DNA from: Candidatus Hydrogenedentota bacterium
Lineage (GTDB): Bacteria; Hydrogenedentota; Hydrogenedentia; Hydrogenedentales; SLHB01
Direction of reading: 5' to 3'
DNA: 64,000 nucleotides
Assembly: GCA_963668025.2 (NCBI GenBank)
Contig: CAXXTH010000017.1
Span: 288,001 to 352,000, forward strand
Shown piece after piece: positions 9,481 to 18,682 of this stretch. The position numbers and the translations under genes are program-made. Under the pieces are notes generated by a model, which ran no database searches, was not told where the DNA came from, and worked only from the letters and a program-made list of their open reading frames with translations. Every line of letters begins with the position of its first letter. Positions within the stretch are counted from its first letter, which is position 1.

Positions 9481-10536
9481 CTATTCCGTGGCCCGTCCGG
9501 CAGGCTCGACACCACGGATGAGCGATTGCGGATTCGTGGAAACGCCGCGGGTGAACTCTTTCGCGTTGAAAGCGGCTTCCCGCAGATCCCGCACCAGCCG
9601 TTCGAGTTCCGGGCGGTTTTCCTCGAGGGCGCCCCGCGCCTCCGCGCTCATCGCATCGGCGTTCCGCATCGTAGACTCCAATGAATTCGCGATGGCGTCA
9701 AGGCGTCCGGCCACCGCCTGAACCTGCCGCAGAATCGCATCCGTGCGGGCCGCGGCGGACTTGGCCGTTTCGACGGCCCCCCGCGCGCCTTCCACCGAGC
9801 CGCGAATGTCGCCACGATTCTCCGCAATCACGGTATTGAGCTGCTCCATAAGCCCCTTAGCGCCTTGCTCGATTTCCTCCAGCCGCGCAATGGTGGCCGA
9901 TATCTTCTCGCGGTTATCCGACATAAGCCCGCGCATATCGCTGATAGCGCCGTCCACATTATGCAGCACCTCGGGGATAGCGATGGGATGGCCGTTTTTG
10001 TTTGCCGCCGGATCCGCGCCGATGAGGCGCTTCAAGCCGTCCAGCAATTCGGCCATTTTTCCGCTTACTTGGTTGGCGGTTCCGAACAGGTCACGCTGCT
10101 GGCTGGGCACTTCAGAACCGTTCGGCAGCACTTCCGCCGCTGGTTCGCCGGTGCTCACTTCGAGATGCTTGGCCGCCGTCAAAGTCGTCTGGGAGACATA
10201 ACATATGCTGGTGGTGTTGATGGGCGTGCCAGCGGCGACATCAAATTCGACCCGCACGCGCGTACGGTCCTCGGGATCAAGCCGGACCGCCGCCACGCGG
10301 CCCGCTTTTGCGCCTCCGAAGCGCACATCCGCGCCTTTATCCAGGCCAAGGGTGTCGTGAAACGTGGCGTAATACGAGGAAACCGCTTTCGGCGTGCGCA
10401 GGCCGTAGATGCCTGCGGCGAATAGCGCGAACAGGGCAAGGCTTGTGAGCACCATGAGCCCCGCTTTGATCTCGGTCCATGTATAATTCGATTTGGCTGC
10501 TGGCATGGATTCACCATGGTTGCGCGGGCCGGTCAA
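9481..10536 (-). CDS. mlaD: MlaD/MCE family protein with coiled-coil tail
   Basis: N-terminal TM, GLDKGADVRFGGAKAGRV MCE motif, long helical region and C-terminal NPQSLIRG. Confidence 0.9.
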   Translation of the reverse strand: MTGPRNHGESMPAAKSNYTWTEIKAGLMVLTSLALFALFAAGIYGLRTPKAVSSYYATFHDTLGLDKGADVRFGGAKAGRVAAVRLDPEDRTRVRVEFDVAAGTPINTTSICYVSQTTLTAAKHLEVSTGEPAAEVLPNGSEVPSQQRDLFGTANQVSGKMAELLDGLKRLIGADPAANKNGHPIAIPEVLHNVDGAISDMRGLMSDNREKISATIARLEEIEQGAKGLMEQLNTVIAENRGDIRGSVEGARGAVETAKSAAARTDAILRQVQAVAGRLDAIANSLESTMRNADAMSAEARGALEENRPELERLVRDLREAAFNAKEFTRGVSTNPQSLIRGVEPAGRATE

Positions 10537-11336
10537 TCACCGGTCAGCGACGCGATATACATTTCGTTATCCTGTTCCTCTTCTTCGTTAGGCCTGCGTT
10601 GAAAAAATTGCTGGACGAATGGCTCGTTGGAGCGGCGCACCTCGTCCAGTGTGCCCATCGCCGCGATCCGCCCGCCAGGCCGCAGCATGCACACGCGGTC
10701 CGCGATCACCTCGACACTGGACATTTCATGCGTCACCACGACGCTGGTCAGATTAAACGTCTGCTGCATCTTGCGAATCAACACATCGAGATCGGCCGCC
10801 ACAATGGGATCAAGCCCTGCGGAAGGCTCATCATAAAAAATGATTTCGGGGTCCATGGCCATGGCCCGGGCCAGGCCCGCCCGCTTGCGCATGCCGCCGC
10901 TCAGTTCCGATGGCAGAAAATGCTCAAATCTCCCTAAGCCTACCAGTTCCAGTTTGATCTTGGTCATGATGTCGATGGTGGATTCTTCAAGTTTCGTATG
11001 CTCGCGCAACGGCAGGGCCACGTTGTCCGCCACGGATAATGAATTGAGCAGCGCCGACCCCTGGAAACACATGCCCATGCGCCGCCGGAAAGGCATGAAT
11101 TGCTCGTCATTCATGCATGCGATATCTTGGCCATTCATGAGGATTTGCCCGGCATTAGGGCGCAACAGGCCCACCAGCGTGCGCAACAACGTGCTCTTGC
11201 CGCATCCGCTGCCGCCGAGGATTACAAAGATCTCCCCACGCCGCACATCGAAGCTGATTCCATCGAGCACGGTGCGTTCGCCATATTTCACGCTCAGGCC
11301 GCGCACCTCGATGATGTTGCTGTCGGCCTCGGCCAT
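10533..11336 (-). CDS. mlaF: MlaF-family ABC ATP-binding protein
   Basis: Walker A GGSGCGKS, LSGGMRKRAGLARA and YDEPSAGLDP; overlaps the mlaD start. Confidence 0.92.
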   Translation of the reverse strand: MAEADSNIIEVRGLSVKYGERTVLDGISFDVRRGEIFVILGGSGCGKSTLLRTLVGLLRPNAGQILMNGQDIACMNDEQFMPFRRRMGMCFQGSALLNSLSVADNVALPLREHTKLEESTIDIMTKIKLELVGLGRFEHFLPSELSGGMRKRAGLARAMAMDPEIIFYDEPSAGLDPIVAADLDVLIRKMQQTFNLTSVVVTHEMSSVEVIADRVCMLRPGGRIAAMGTLDEVRRSNEPFVQQFFQRRPNEEEEQDNEMYIASLTGD

Positions 11337-11699
11337 CCCGCTTCTCCCCTTCGACCTTGCATGAAGCGTACTCGATTATTCGAAGGATTTCAAAGACGAA
11401 CAACCGCCATGCAAGGCCATATTACCTCATTCCGGCCAGCCGGCTTGAACGGTGGGGCACGCCTGGCCCTGCTTTAAGGGCGGTTTTGCCGTTTTGTAGG
11501 GTGGAGCTTGCCCCACCGGTTCGGGAAGAGCCCGCCAAAATATCCGGCATGGATTGTAAGGCGCAGCAAGTTTATATACTTTGGTTTACACGAGAAATTT
11601 TCTCAAGAAAACCAGAATAGCTGTTATCAGTACAAGAACCGCAAAAAGGAGCGCCTCTTTCATACGTCTCTTGTGCCCGGTGGATTGTCTGTTGAAACA

Positions 11700-13853
11700 T
11701 TACAGCTCCCGCTCGAAGGGCGGTATGGCCTTCTGGGGTAGATTGACAGCCTCCGGGTTCAGTTTGGACGCGCCCAGGCTAAAGGCCCAGTACATGCTTT
11801 CGTTCCAAATCATCCCATTTCCATCATTCACGGGCTTGATGCGAATGGATATCTTTTTCTTGCCCTTTGTGTAAGAAGATGGAATGAAGAACTCATCTTC
11901 AAGCCATCTGGCCTGGGGATTTCCGTCCGCATACAACCAGAGCCGTTCTGATACCCGTTTCCCATCCACAAACACGGCGGCCCGCTGGCCATTCTTCGAC
12001 TGGTCCGATCTCCTGCGCAAAAGTACGCCCTGGTTCTCTGGGGCAATCCGAATCACAAATTGGCTCTGTCCGGCGAGTGTTCGGCCATTATCGGTGATCG
12101 AGACCTCATCGAACTCCCCTTCAAGCGCGGAAGTTAGCTCCCACACAACAGACTCGGGGGCCCGATATTCATGCGCCGCTTCCGAATCGGAATCGCCCAC
12201 ATCCATAAAGTCTGTCAACGCCATGGCCGGTTCTGGTTCTCCATACCAGAATACCAATCCCGACCGGATGTCCGTGCCGGACTCATCACCCATGCCGCCT
12301 TCCACGGTCATGCGTAAATGGGTGCGAAATGGGTAGCAATCACCCATGAGCAGGCGCAACATCGACCAGGAGGCATTGTTCGTACCGTCGTAACTCGATG
12401 CAGGATTGGCTTGGGGCGGGAACTCGAATCCCCAGCCATAACAAGACCAGGATTCCGAGCCATCACTTTCAATCGAAGGGGTGCCGCAGCCGTCGATATG
12501 CACCCGGACATCCCCTTCGCACATGGATTTCTCCGCACTAATCAATCCTGCAACCACATGTCCGTTGCCAGAGATTTCCGCCACATGGGAGTCACGGCCC
12601 GCTTGTTTTGGCGTCATTGGCTGGTACGCCGAGGCCCGGAAGTGGCCTGTGCGAGCCTGCGGATACGCCAATGCCGAAGATGGCTTGAAGTCCACCGTGC
12701 CCGTTATGCTGAGTTCACTCTCGCCACGGTTTTCAAATTCCACCTTAGCGGATTTCCAGAACGGCATGGGCCAATAGTTGTACATCGTCCCGTCGGCGGT
12801 GACACCCTGTATCAACGTTTGCAAACGGTTCAGTCCGAACTCATTTCCAAAGAAAGCGCCCACCGGGCATTCGACCGCCGGTGTGGCTTCTCCATCCCAA
12901 GTGATTTTGAGCCAGAGTTCCCCGAGCGACGCCCGGTTCATAGGCTCAAGGCGCATGTGGATGGAGGCGAGACTGCCTTCGCCCGGCTGTTCGAAAATCG
13001 TCTGCATGGTATGAGCCGGAAGCGTTTTTTCGAAAGCGGCCTGCTGGTTGCCGGTGCGAGGTTTGGGATCTTCGCCGAGGCGCTTCCACATTCCGAGCAG
13101 GGCTTCCATATCCTCTTTGCCGGTGAACGAGCGCACGCCCTTGGCGTTCGGATAACTATGCCAGATGGCGTGTCCCCAGCCGCCCCCGGTCGTATCGTTG
13201 CCCTGGAGTTTGATGGATGAGGTAATCCGCAGCGACTTCGAAAACGGCATGGGACAGAAACTGCGAACGATTTGGAAGTCGATCGTTTTCAACCGCGCAT
13301 CTTTCGCTGCATCCGGCTGGAATTTATCAACCAGCGGCGCGATAAATGGAGGTTTGCTTCCGAACTCCGAATGCTTGATCTCAAAAACCGGTGACACGCC
13401 GCCGTCAATGTAAAATCGGTACACCGGATCGGAATGGCCAACCGCATGGTGGACCACGAAGTTCCACAGGCAACCCGGGCCTTCCGCCTCGGCAATCACC
13501 CATTCCTGGGTGCTCGTGTCCTGGTAGAGACACCAGTTCCAATCCGCATTCTTGCCCTGCTTGTCGATACTCCCTTCGTAATGGACCTGCACATCTGGCC
13601 GCAATAACGGCATCTGTTCAATATGGGTTAATTGCTCCAATCCCCTTTGGGGCATTTCATCCGCCCATATAGCCGAGATGGATAGCCCGGCACACATGAT
13701 TGCTCCGACGATTTTCATGCCCATTGCTGCTCTCCCAACGTTGCTATAGTTGCACTTAGGATATGAATCCCGGTCTTCATTTAACACGAGGCAAGTAAGT
13801 ATACTCAGTATGCTCAAATAAGGCCTGGAACGCAACTCCTCCATTTTCCTCAT
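11700..13853 (-). CDS. DUF2961 / GH172-like glycoside hydrolase, secreted (start probably near 13724)
   Basis: Signal peptide; EAEGPGCL, LKITWDGE..PAVECPVGAFFG, YWPMPF and CEGD..HIDG motifs. Confidence 0.8.
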   Translation of the reverse strand: MRKMEELRSRPYLSILSILTCLVLNEDRDSYPKCNYSNVGRAAMGMKIVGAIMCAGLSISAIWADEMPQRGLEQLTHIEQMPLLRPDVQVHYEGSIDKQGKNADWNWCLYQDTSTQEWVIAEAEGPGCLWNFVVHHAVGHSDPVYRFYIDGGVSPVFEIKHSEFGSKPPFIAPLVDKFQPDAAKDARLKTIDFQIVRSFCPMPFSKSLRITSSIKLQGNDTTGGGWGHAIWHSYPNAKGVRSFTGKEDMEALLGMWKRLGEDPKPRTGNQQAAFEKTLPAHTMQTIFEQPGEGSLASIHMRLEPMNRASLGELWLKITWDGEATPAVECPVGAFFGNEFGLNRLQTLIQGVTADGTMYNYWPMPFWKSAKVEFENRGESELSITGTVDFKPSSALAYPQARTGHFRASAYQPMTPKQAGRDSHVAEISGNGHVVAGLISAEKSMCEGDVRVHIDGCGTPSIESDGSESWSCYGWGFEFPPQANPASSYDGTNNASWSMLRLLMGDCYPFRTHLRMTVEGGMGDESGTDIRSGLVFWYGEPEPAMALTDFMDVGDSDSEAAHEYRAPESVVWELTSALEGEFDEVSITDNGRTLAGQSQFVIRIAPENQGVLLRRRSDQSKNGQRAAVFVDGKRVSERLWLYADGNPQARWLEDEFFIPSSYTKGKKKISIRIKPVNDGNGMIWNESMYWAFSLGASKLNPEAVNLPQKAIPPFEREL

Positions 13854-13959
13854 ATAAAAGCATTCTAAGAAAATTCGCCGCCTCCTAAAAGGGAAGCGCC
13901 TGATGTATGTTATTTATCCACACGCGGATCGTAGATAAATTAAAATCAACCCCGAATTG

Positions 13960-14023
13960 GCCTCAAGAGGCACAAAAGACGCAAGAATCAGATCATTTTT
14001 GTGTCTTTTGCGCCTTTTGTGGC
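13960..14023. repeat. 9-nt-periodic palindromic intergenic repeat
   Basis: GCCTCAAGAGGCACAAAAGACGCAAGAAT...ATTTTTGTGTCTTTTGCGCCTTTTGTGGC imperfect inverted repeat. Confidence 0.75.
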
Positions 14024-14169
14024 TCATTCTCAGGAAAGGTGGGGAGTAACGCTTCAGATAGGCTTGGACAAACAAACACAAATACTCTGATAAGAGGGGA
14101 AAGCACTGTTTTTTTGATGCGATTGCCCGTAGATAAAAAGCTGTTTCCCCGTCATAGCGGCATGATGGT

Positions 14170-15372
14170 ATGATAGGGGCTGGAGGAGATGAAGGTTTCA
14201 TGATGCGATTGATACAACGAAACTCTATCTGGAGTTTGATTGTTGCCGCGTGCATGTGTGCGGGCTGTTTTCCCGTGTCGGATGCGGTGCCAAATAAAGA
14301 AAAAGAAGACGCGAAAAGCCGTATTACGTATACCTATGGTCCAGAACAATTTACCATTCCCCAGCCGGCGCCAGCGCCGGATACATCCGCCCAAACGCCA
14401 ACGGAGCAGGTTCCGGTATCGGATGTAAATCCTCCCGCGCCGATTCCAGACGGCGGTGCCGCATCAGTCGAAGCCCCTGTTACGGTAGAAGCCCCTGGGG
14501 AGGCGGCTTCCACGGAGACGCCCGGCGGTGCGTTTGCATCGGGCGAGGGAACGGCCACGCTCGATCCGGCGGTGGCGGATTACTGGCTCGCTTTGGCGGA
14601 GGATATTGATACGATGCGGGAACAGCTCACTGGGCTGACCCAGCGCGTCGAGCGGCTCGAACAGAAAAACAACGATATGCTGAATTCCATGGTGTCTGAT
14701 TTGAAGGACCAGAATCGGCAGCTCGTGCAGGAGCTTCAGCGTTTATATGCTAATTTCCCCACTAATGGAGGGTATACGCCGCCGCCACAGCTTCCAGCGG
14801 GAGCCGCCATGGCGAGGATGGAGCCTGGCGCTACAGGGATACCGGCGGCGCATGCGCCGGGCTCCGAGCCGATTTCCGCCGTGGCCACCCCATCGAACGG
14901 GATCGTGCAATACCGCATCTTGAGCGAATGGGGCCGGACGCCGGAAGAGGCGGAACGCGATCCCAATCTGAGCTCCCAGAAAAATATGGTCTGTATTGTA
15001 CCGCAGGAGAGCACGGGCGCTTCATTGGAAGCTCTTGGAAAACAAATAAGCGAGCAATTCAAGACATATCAGAATCTGAACATCCAGGTGTTTGACGACG
15101 CAGGCGCGGCAAAGAGCTATTATGAACAAAACGCCGAACCTGGACCGCATCGGGTGTTAGCCGTCGTGAAAAACAAGGCCACAACAGCTTCCGTTCAGGT
15201 ATACCGCCAGGAAACGCCTGCACAACCACCTGCCACACCGGCGGCTCCCGCGCCAGAGGCCTCGCCGGAAGCCAGTCCTTCCGCGTCGCCGCTCGTGCCG
15301 GTGGCCCCTTCCGAGCCAGCGGCTCAGCCTTCCGCCGCGCCGCCTATTACCGAAGCCAAACCGGCATCATAA
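14170..15372 (+). CDS. Hypothetical Pro/Ala-rich lipoprotein with coiled coil
   Basis: Lipobox-like CAGC, low-complexity linkers and a coiled-coil segment; start probably 14200. Confidence 0.75.
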   Translation: MIGAGGDEGFMMRLIQRNSIWSLIVAACMCAGCFPVSDAVPNKEKEDAKSRITYTYGPEQFTIPQPAPAPDTSAQTPTEQVPVSDVNPPAPIPDGGAASVEAPVTVEAPGEAASTETPGGAFASGEGTATLDPAVADYWLALAEDIDTMREQLTGLTQRVERLEQKNNDMLNSMVSDLKDQNRQLVQELQRLYANFPTNGGYTPPPQLPAGAAMARMEPGATGIPAAHAPGSEPISAVATPSNGIVQYRILSEWGRTPEEAERDPNLSSQKNMVCIVPQESTGASLEALGKQISEQFKTYQNLNIQVFDDAGAAKSYYEQNAEPGPHRVLAVVKNKATTASVQVYRQETPAQPPATPAAPAPEASPEASPSASPLVPVAPSEPAAQPSAAPPITEAKPAS

Positions 15373-15487
15373 TATTCCCAGAAAAAACCATTGTTTAAGT
15401 AAAATACTTTCCGTGGCATGGGTGCCCCGGCCCAAGCCTCGGGAGCGGGAAAACCATTTATTTTTCTGCATACAATCTGGAACCGCT

Positions 15488-16438
15488 CTAGATCTCGTCT
15501 TTTGTCCAGATCTGCCGATCTATGTGCGGGAGATATTCCGACCATGCCTGACCGCGGCTTCGGGTTTCTTCGATGACCCGGGAAATCGCGTTCGCCTGCG
15601 CATCCAAGTTATCGATGTGGTAGAGCACGATGGCTTCGATGGTTTTAGGCACAATGGGAGACCCATTCAGCAATTCGCCGTGGTGCGCCAGAATGCAATG
15701 GAGCAGTTGCAGACGGAGCTTCTCCGGAAAACCTTCGATCCGGCGGATGCGCTCTTCCACCATGCTCACGCCGATGGCGAGATGCCCGAGAAGCTTGCCC
15801 GCCGTGGTGTAATCCACACAGAGGTCGTGGCTCATTTCTTCGATCTTTCCCGCATCGTGAAATAGAATGCCCGCCATCAACACATCGCGGTCGATATTCG
15901 AATATAACGCACACATCGTTTCCGCCACGCGGGCCATTTCGTAACAATGCAATACCAGCCCGCCAGGAAAGGCGTGATGCCATTTTTTCCCTGCCGCCGC
16001 CGCAACGAAGCGCTGCATGAAGGACTCGTCATCTAGAAAGCCTTGGACCAATTCGAGGAGATGGGGATTGCGAATCGACTCGAGAAACGCCTTGAATTTA
16101 GCGAGTATTTCCGGCGTATTTTCAAGGGCTTGCACCAAGTCCGCCGTGTCGTATTCGCCTTCCCGGAGCGGCAAGACCTGATCAACCCGGACTTGCAGCC
16201 GGTCCTGATAACTGGTGATGGAGCCTCGCACATTCACGACATCACCCACCTCGAAGAGCTGGGCGACGGACGCCGCATTATTCCAGAGGATGCCTCCGAT
16301 GTCGCCGGAACGGTCTTTAAACACCATGCCGAGAAACTTGCCGCCGTTTTGCTGGGTGCGCAGATCTTTACGTGTCGCCACGAAATAATCGTTGACCAAG
16401 TCGCCTTCCTGCAGCATGTCTACAAATTGCCGCTTCAT
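15488..16438 (-). CDS. yhaM: 3'-5' exoribonuclease YhaM family (OB fold + HD domain)
   Basis: N-terminal OB fold; HHAFPGGLVLH, FHDAGK, GKLLGH, HCILAHHG and HIDNLDA. Confidence 0.88.
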   Translation of the reverse strand: MKRQFVDMLQEGDLVNDYFVATRKDLRTQQNGGKFLGMVFKDRSGDIGGILWNNAASVAQLFEVGDVVNVRGSITSYQDRLQVRVDQVLPLREGEYDTADLVQALENTPEILAKFKAFLESIRNPHLLELVQGFLDDESFMQRFVAAAAGKKWHHAFPGGLVLHCYEMARVAETMCALYSNIDRDVLMAGILFHDAGKIEEMSHDLCVDYTTAGKLLGHLAIGVSMVEERIRRIEGFPEKLRLQLLHCILAHHGELLNGSPIVPKTIEAIVLYHIDNLDAQANAISRVIEETRSRGQAWSEYLPHIDRQIWTKDEI

Positions 16439-16615
16439 TCATCCTCCTGAATCTATGTTCGAGCGTATCGCGGTATGCTTCGCGCATGGCTATGCAAACG
16501 CCCAGCCTATCCTTTTTCGGGGAGCGCATGCAAACAACGGGGGGCCGGTATATGCCTCAACGCGCACAAGCGTTATGGGGAGAGCCGCCTTTTCGGCCGG
16601 CCGGCGCAAGCCAGC

Positions 16616-17554
16616 TCATTTCTTCTTTTCATTCTCTTTACGCCAGTCCAGCAGAAAAGCAACACTCGGAAGCTGCCGGATGCGAATGCAGAGTTCCAGC
16701 GGGTTTTCTTTGTTTTTATCTTTAATCTTCAAGCTTGCCCCTGCATTCAGCAGGGCTTGCATCGCCGTGGTAAGGCAGCGTTCAGAAGCGTAATGAAGCG
16801 GGGTGCGCCCTTGAATATCCTGGCGGTTCACATCAGCTCCAAAATTGATGAGCTGGACGACGGCCTCTCCGCTGCCCTGGGTGCATGCATAATGCAGCGG
16901 CGTTAAGCCTAATGAATCCGTGTCGTTTACATTTGCTCCATGGGTGCATAACAGTTTGACGAATTCTGGCGAGCCCTTTGCGCCCAGGCTCAAGGCCAGC
17001 GCCAATGGGGTAAGCCCAGCTCCATTGCGCACATTTGGATTAGCCCCGTATTCCATCAGCAATCGCGCGGCGCTGAGCCGGTCAAGCTGGACAGCCCAAA
17101 TGAGCGGCGCAGGCTCGTTTGTTTCCTGGGAGGGCTCGATAGGCGCGCCATGCTCCAGGAGCACTTGCGTGGGCCCCGTCGTATCACTCTCGATGGCCAC
17201 CAACAGGGGGCTGCGCTGCATGCTATTTCCGTCTTCTTGGATGAACGATAACGGCCGCGCAAGGTCTAAACCGCCATCAATCAACGCTTCCACCAGCTCG
17301 GGATATCGGCTGCAAAGAGCCGCCGCCGCCACGGGCCCCTGCACGGTTGTGCCCACATATTTTAATGCGGCGGTATCGTAAGGACCGGCCCCTAAAAACA
17401 AGTGCTTGCGCACATCTTGCACATCATTCGCGCGTATTGCTTCGATAAGGGTAGGATGCGCGGGCTTGAGGAGCTTATAGGCCAAGAATGCGCCGCCGAG
17501 TAAGAAAATAACCGCCAGAATGGCCGCCACTACCGTGCGTTTGCGTAATTTCAT
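16616..17554 (-). CDS. Membrane-anchored ankyrin repeat protein
   Basis: N-terminal TM; repeats GLTPLHYA, GRTPLHYA and GANVN/GADVN. Confidence 0.88.
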   Translation of the reverse strand: MKLRKRTVVAAILAVIFLLGGAFLAYKLLKPAHPTLIEAIRANDVQDVRKHLFLGAGPYDTAALKYVGTTVQGPVAAAALCSRYPELVEALIDGGLDLARPLSFIQEDGNSMQRSPLLVAIESDTTGPTQVLLEHGAPIEPSQETNEPAPLIWAVQLDRLSAARLLMEYGANPNVRNGAGLTPLALALSLGAKGSPEFVKLLCTHGANVNDTDSLGLTPLHYACTQGSGEAVVQLINFGADVNRQDIQGRTPLHYASERCLTTAMQALLNAGASLKIKDKNKENPLELCIRIRQLPSVAFLLDWRKENEKKK

Positions 17555-17637
17555 ATCGCCACCCAGGTCATTTGCCCGAGGCCGTCCTAGCGCGCCCAAG
17601 CGCGCACGCATGCCTGCCGAGCCGCACTGCATTTTTC

Positions 17638-17699
17638 AGCACAAAGACACTAAGACACAACAATAATTATATCTTTTTGTGCCTTAGTGTCTTTGTGCT
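17638..17699. repeat. 9-nt-periodic palindromic intergenic repeat
   Basis: AGCACAAAGACACTAAGACACAA (17638-17660) and TTGTGCCTTAGTGTCTTTGTGCT (17677-17699) form an inverted repeat matching at 22 of 23 positions. Confidence 0.85.
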
Positions 17700-17922
17700 A
17701 AATGAATAGATACGCCTTTTTTTCTAAAAACGGCGGCAACCCTACACGGCGCCGCTCTTCTTACGCCGATGCGGAGCCATTAAATATCTGGTAAATCCAA
17801 TCCAGAATAAATTGCAGGAACGTGACAAAAAATGAGGTCCATAGCCAATCTATCATGCCGCTTACTCCTTTTTTGAGCCGGCCTGCGTGCAAGCCGACTA
17901 ATTGTTACCTGCAATCTAGCGC

Positions 17923-18576
17923 CTATTCCGCTTCGACGATGGTAATAAGGTTTTCCTTGATCATCGTAGCGGCATGTTGGCCGTTATACACCGTTAAGGT
18001 TACGGTGTAGACGCCTGGCTCGCTATAATAATGCTTGGGATTCTGCCTATACGACAGTTCGGAGGAATCGCCAAAATCCCACACCCACGTTTGAATGTTG
18101 GATTGGTCCGATGCGACAGCCGACTTATCGGTGAACTGAATGAACTGGCCTACGGACACTTGGGTGTTGTTTGCCGAGAAGTTTGCCACGATATGCGCGC
18201 GGGCGGTTACACTCACGGTGCGTGATTCCACGCCTTCGGCACTGACCGTAAGCTCGGCTGCGCTGGTGATGCTCGTGAGCTTGTCGCGATCCACGGCGAC
18301 GGTGATCGTAACAGGATCTTGCGGGCCGGTGCTCGTGCCAGTGGCGGGATAAACGGACGCCCACCCAGCGCTGCTCGATACGGTGAATGGATTGAGCGGT
18401 TTCGAGGTGTAGACATTTGAAACGGTAAATGTGGCGGAATTGGAGTCTGCGTCGATATCGAGGCTCGTGGGGCTAACAATAATGGCTGGCGCATAAGCCG
18501 GAGGATCGCTCGGACAGCCTACGAACACTACCGCGCATATGGCGGCGCTTACCCATAACTTGTGCATCCCTGTCAT
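17923..18576 (-). CDS. BACON + PKD domain lipoprotein
   Basis: Lipobox FVGC; VSPTSLD..W.SV.P..G (BACON); WVWDFGD..NPKHYY..PGVYTVTLTV (PKD). Confidence 0.85.
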   Translation of the reverse strand: MTGMHKLWVSAAICAVVFVGCPSDPPAYAPAIIVSPTSLDIDADSNSATFTVSNVYTSKPLNPFTVSSSAGWASVYPATGTSTGPQDPVTITVAVDRDKLTSITSAAELTVSAEGVESRTVSVTARAHIVANFSANNTQVSVGQFIQFTDKSAVASDQSNIQTWVWDFGDSSELSYRQNPKHYYSEPGVYTVTLTVYNGQHAATMIKENLITIVEAE

Positions 18577-18682
18577 GTGACCTCACTCTCCTTCTCTGGC
18601 GGCAATCTTGCGCAGCTTTCCCCAGCAAACTTAGCTCTTGATTCTCAGCACCTCATATAATGCCAGCGGAATTGCAGAAAGG

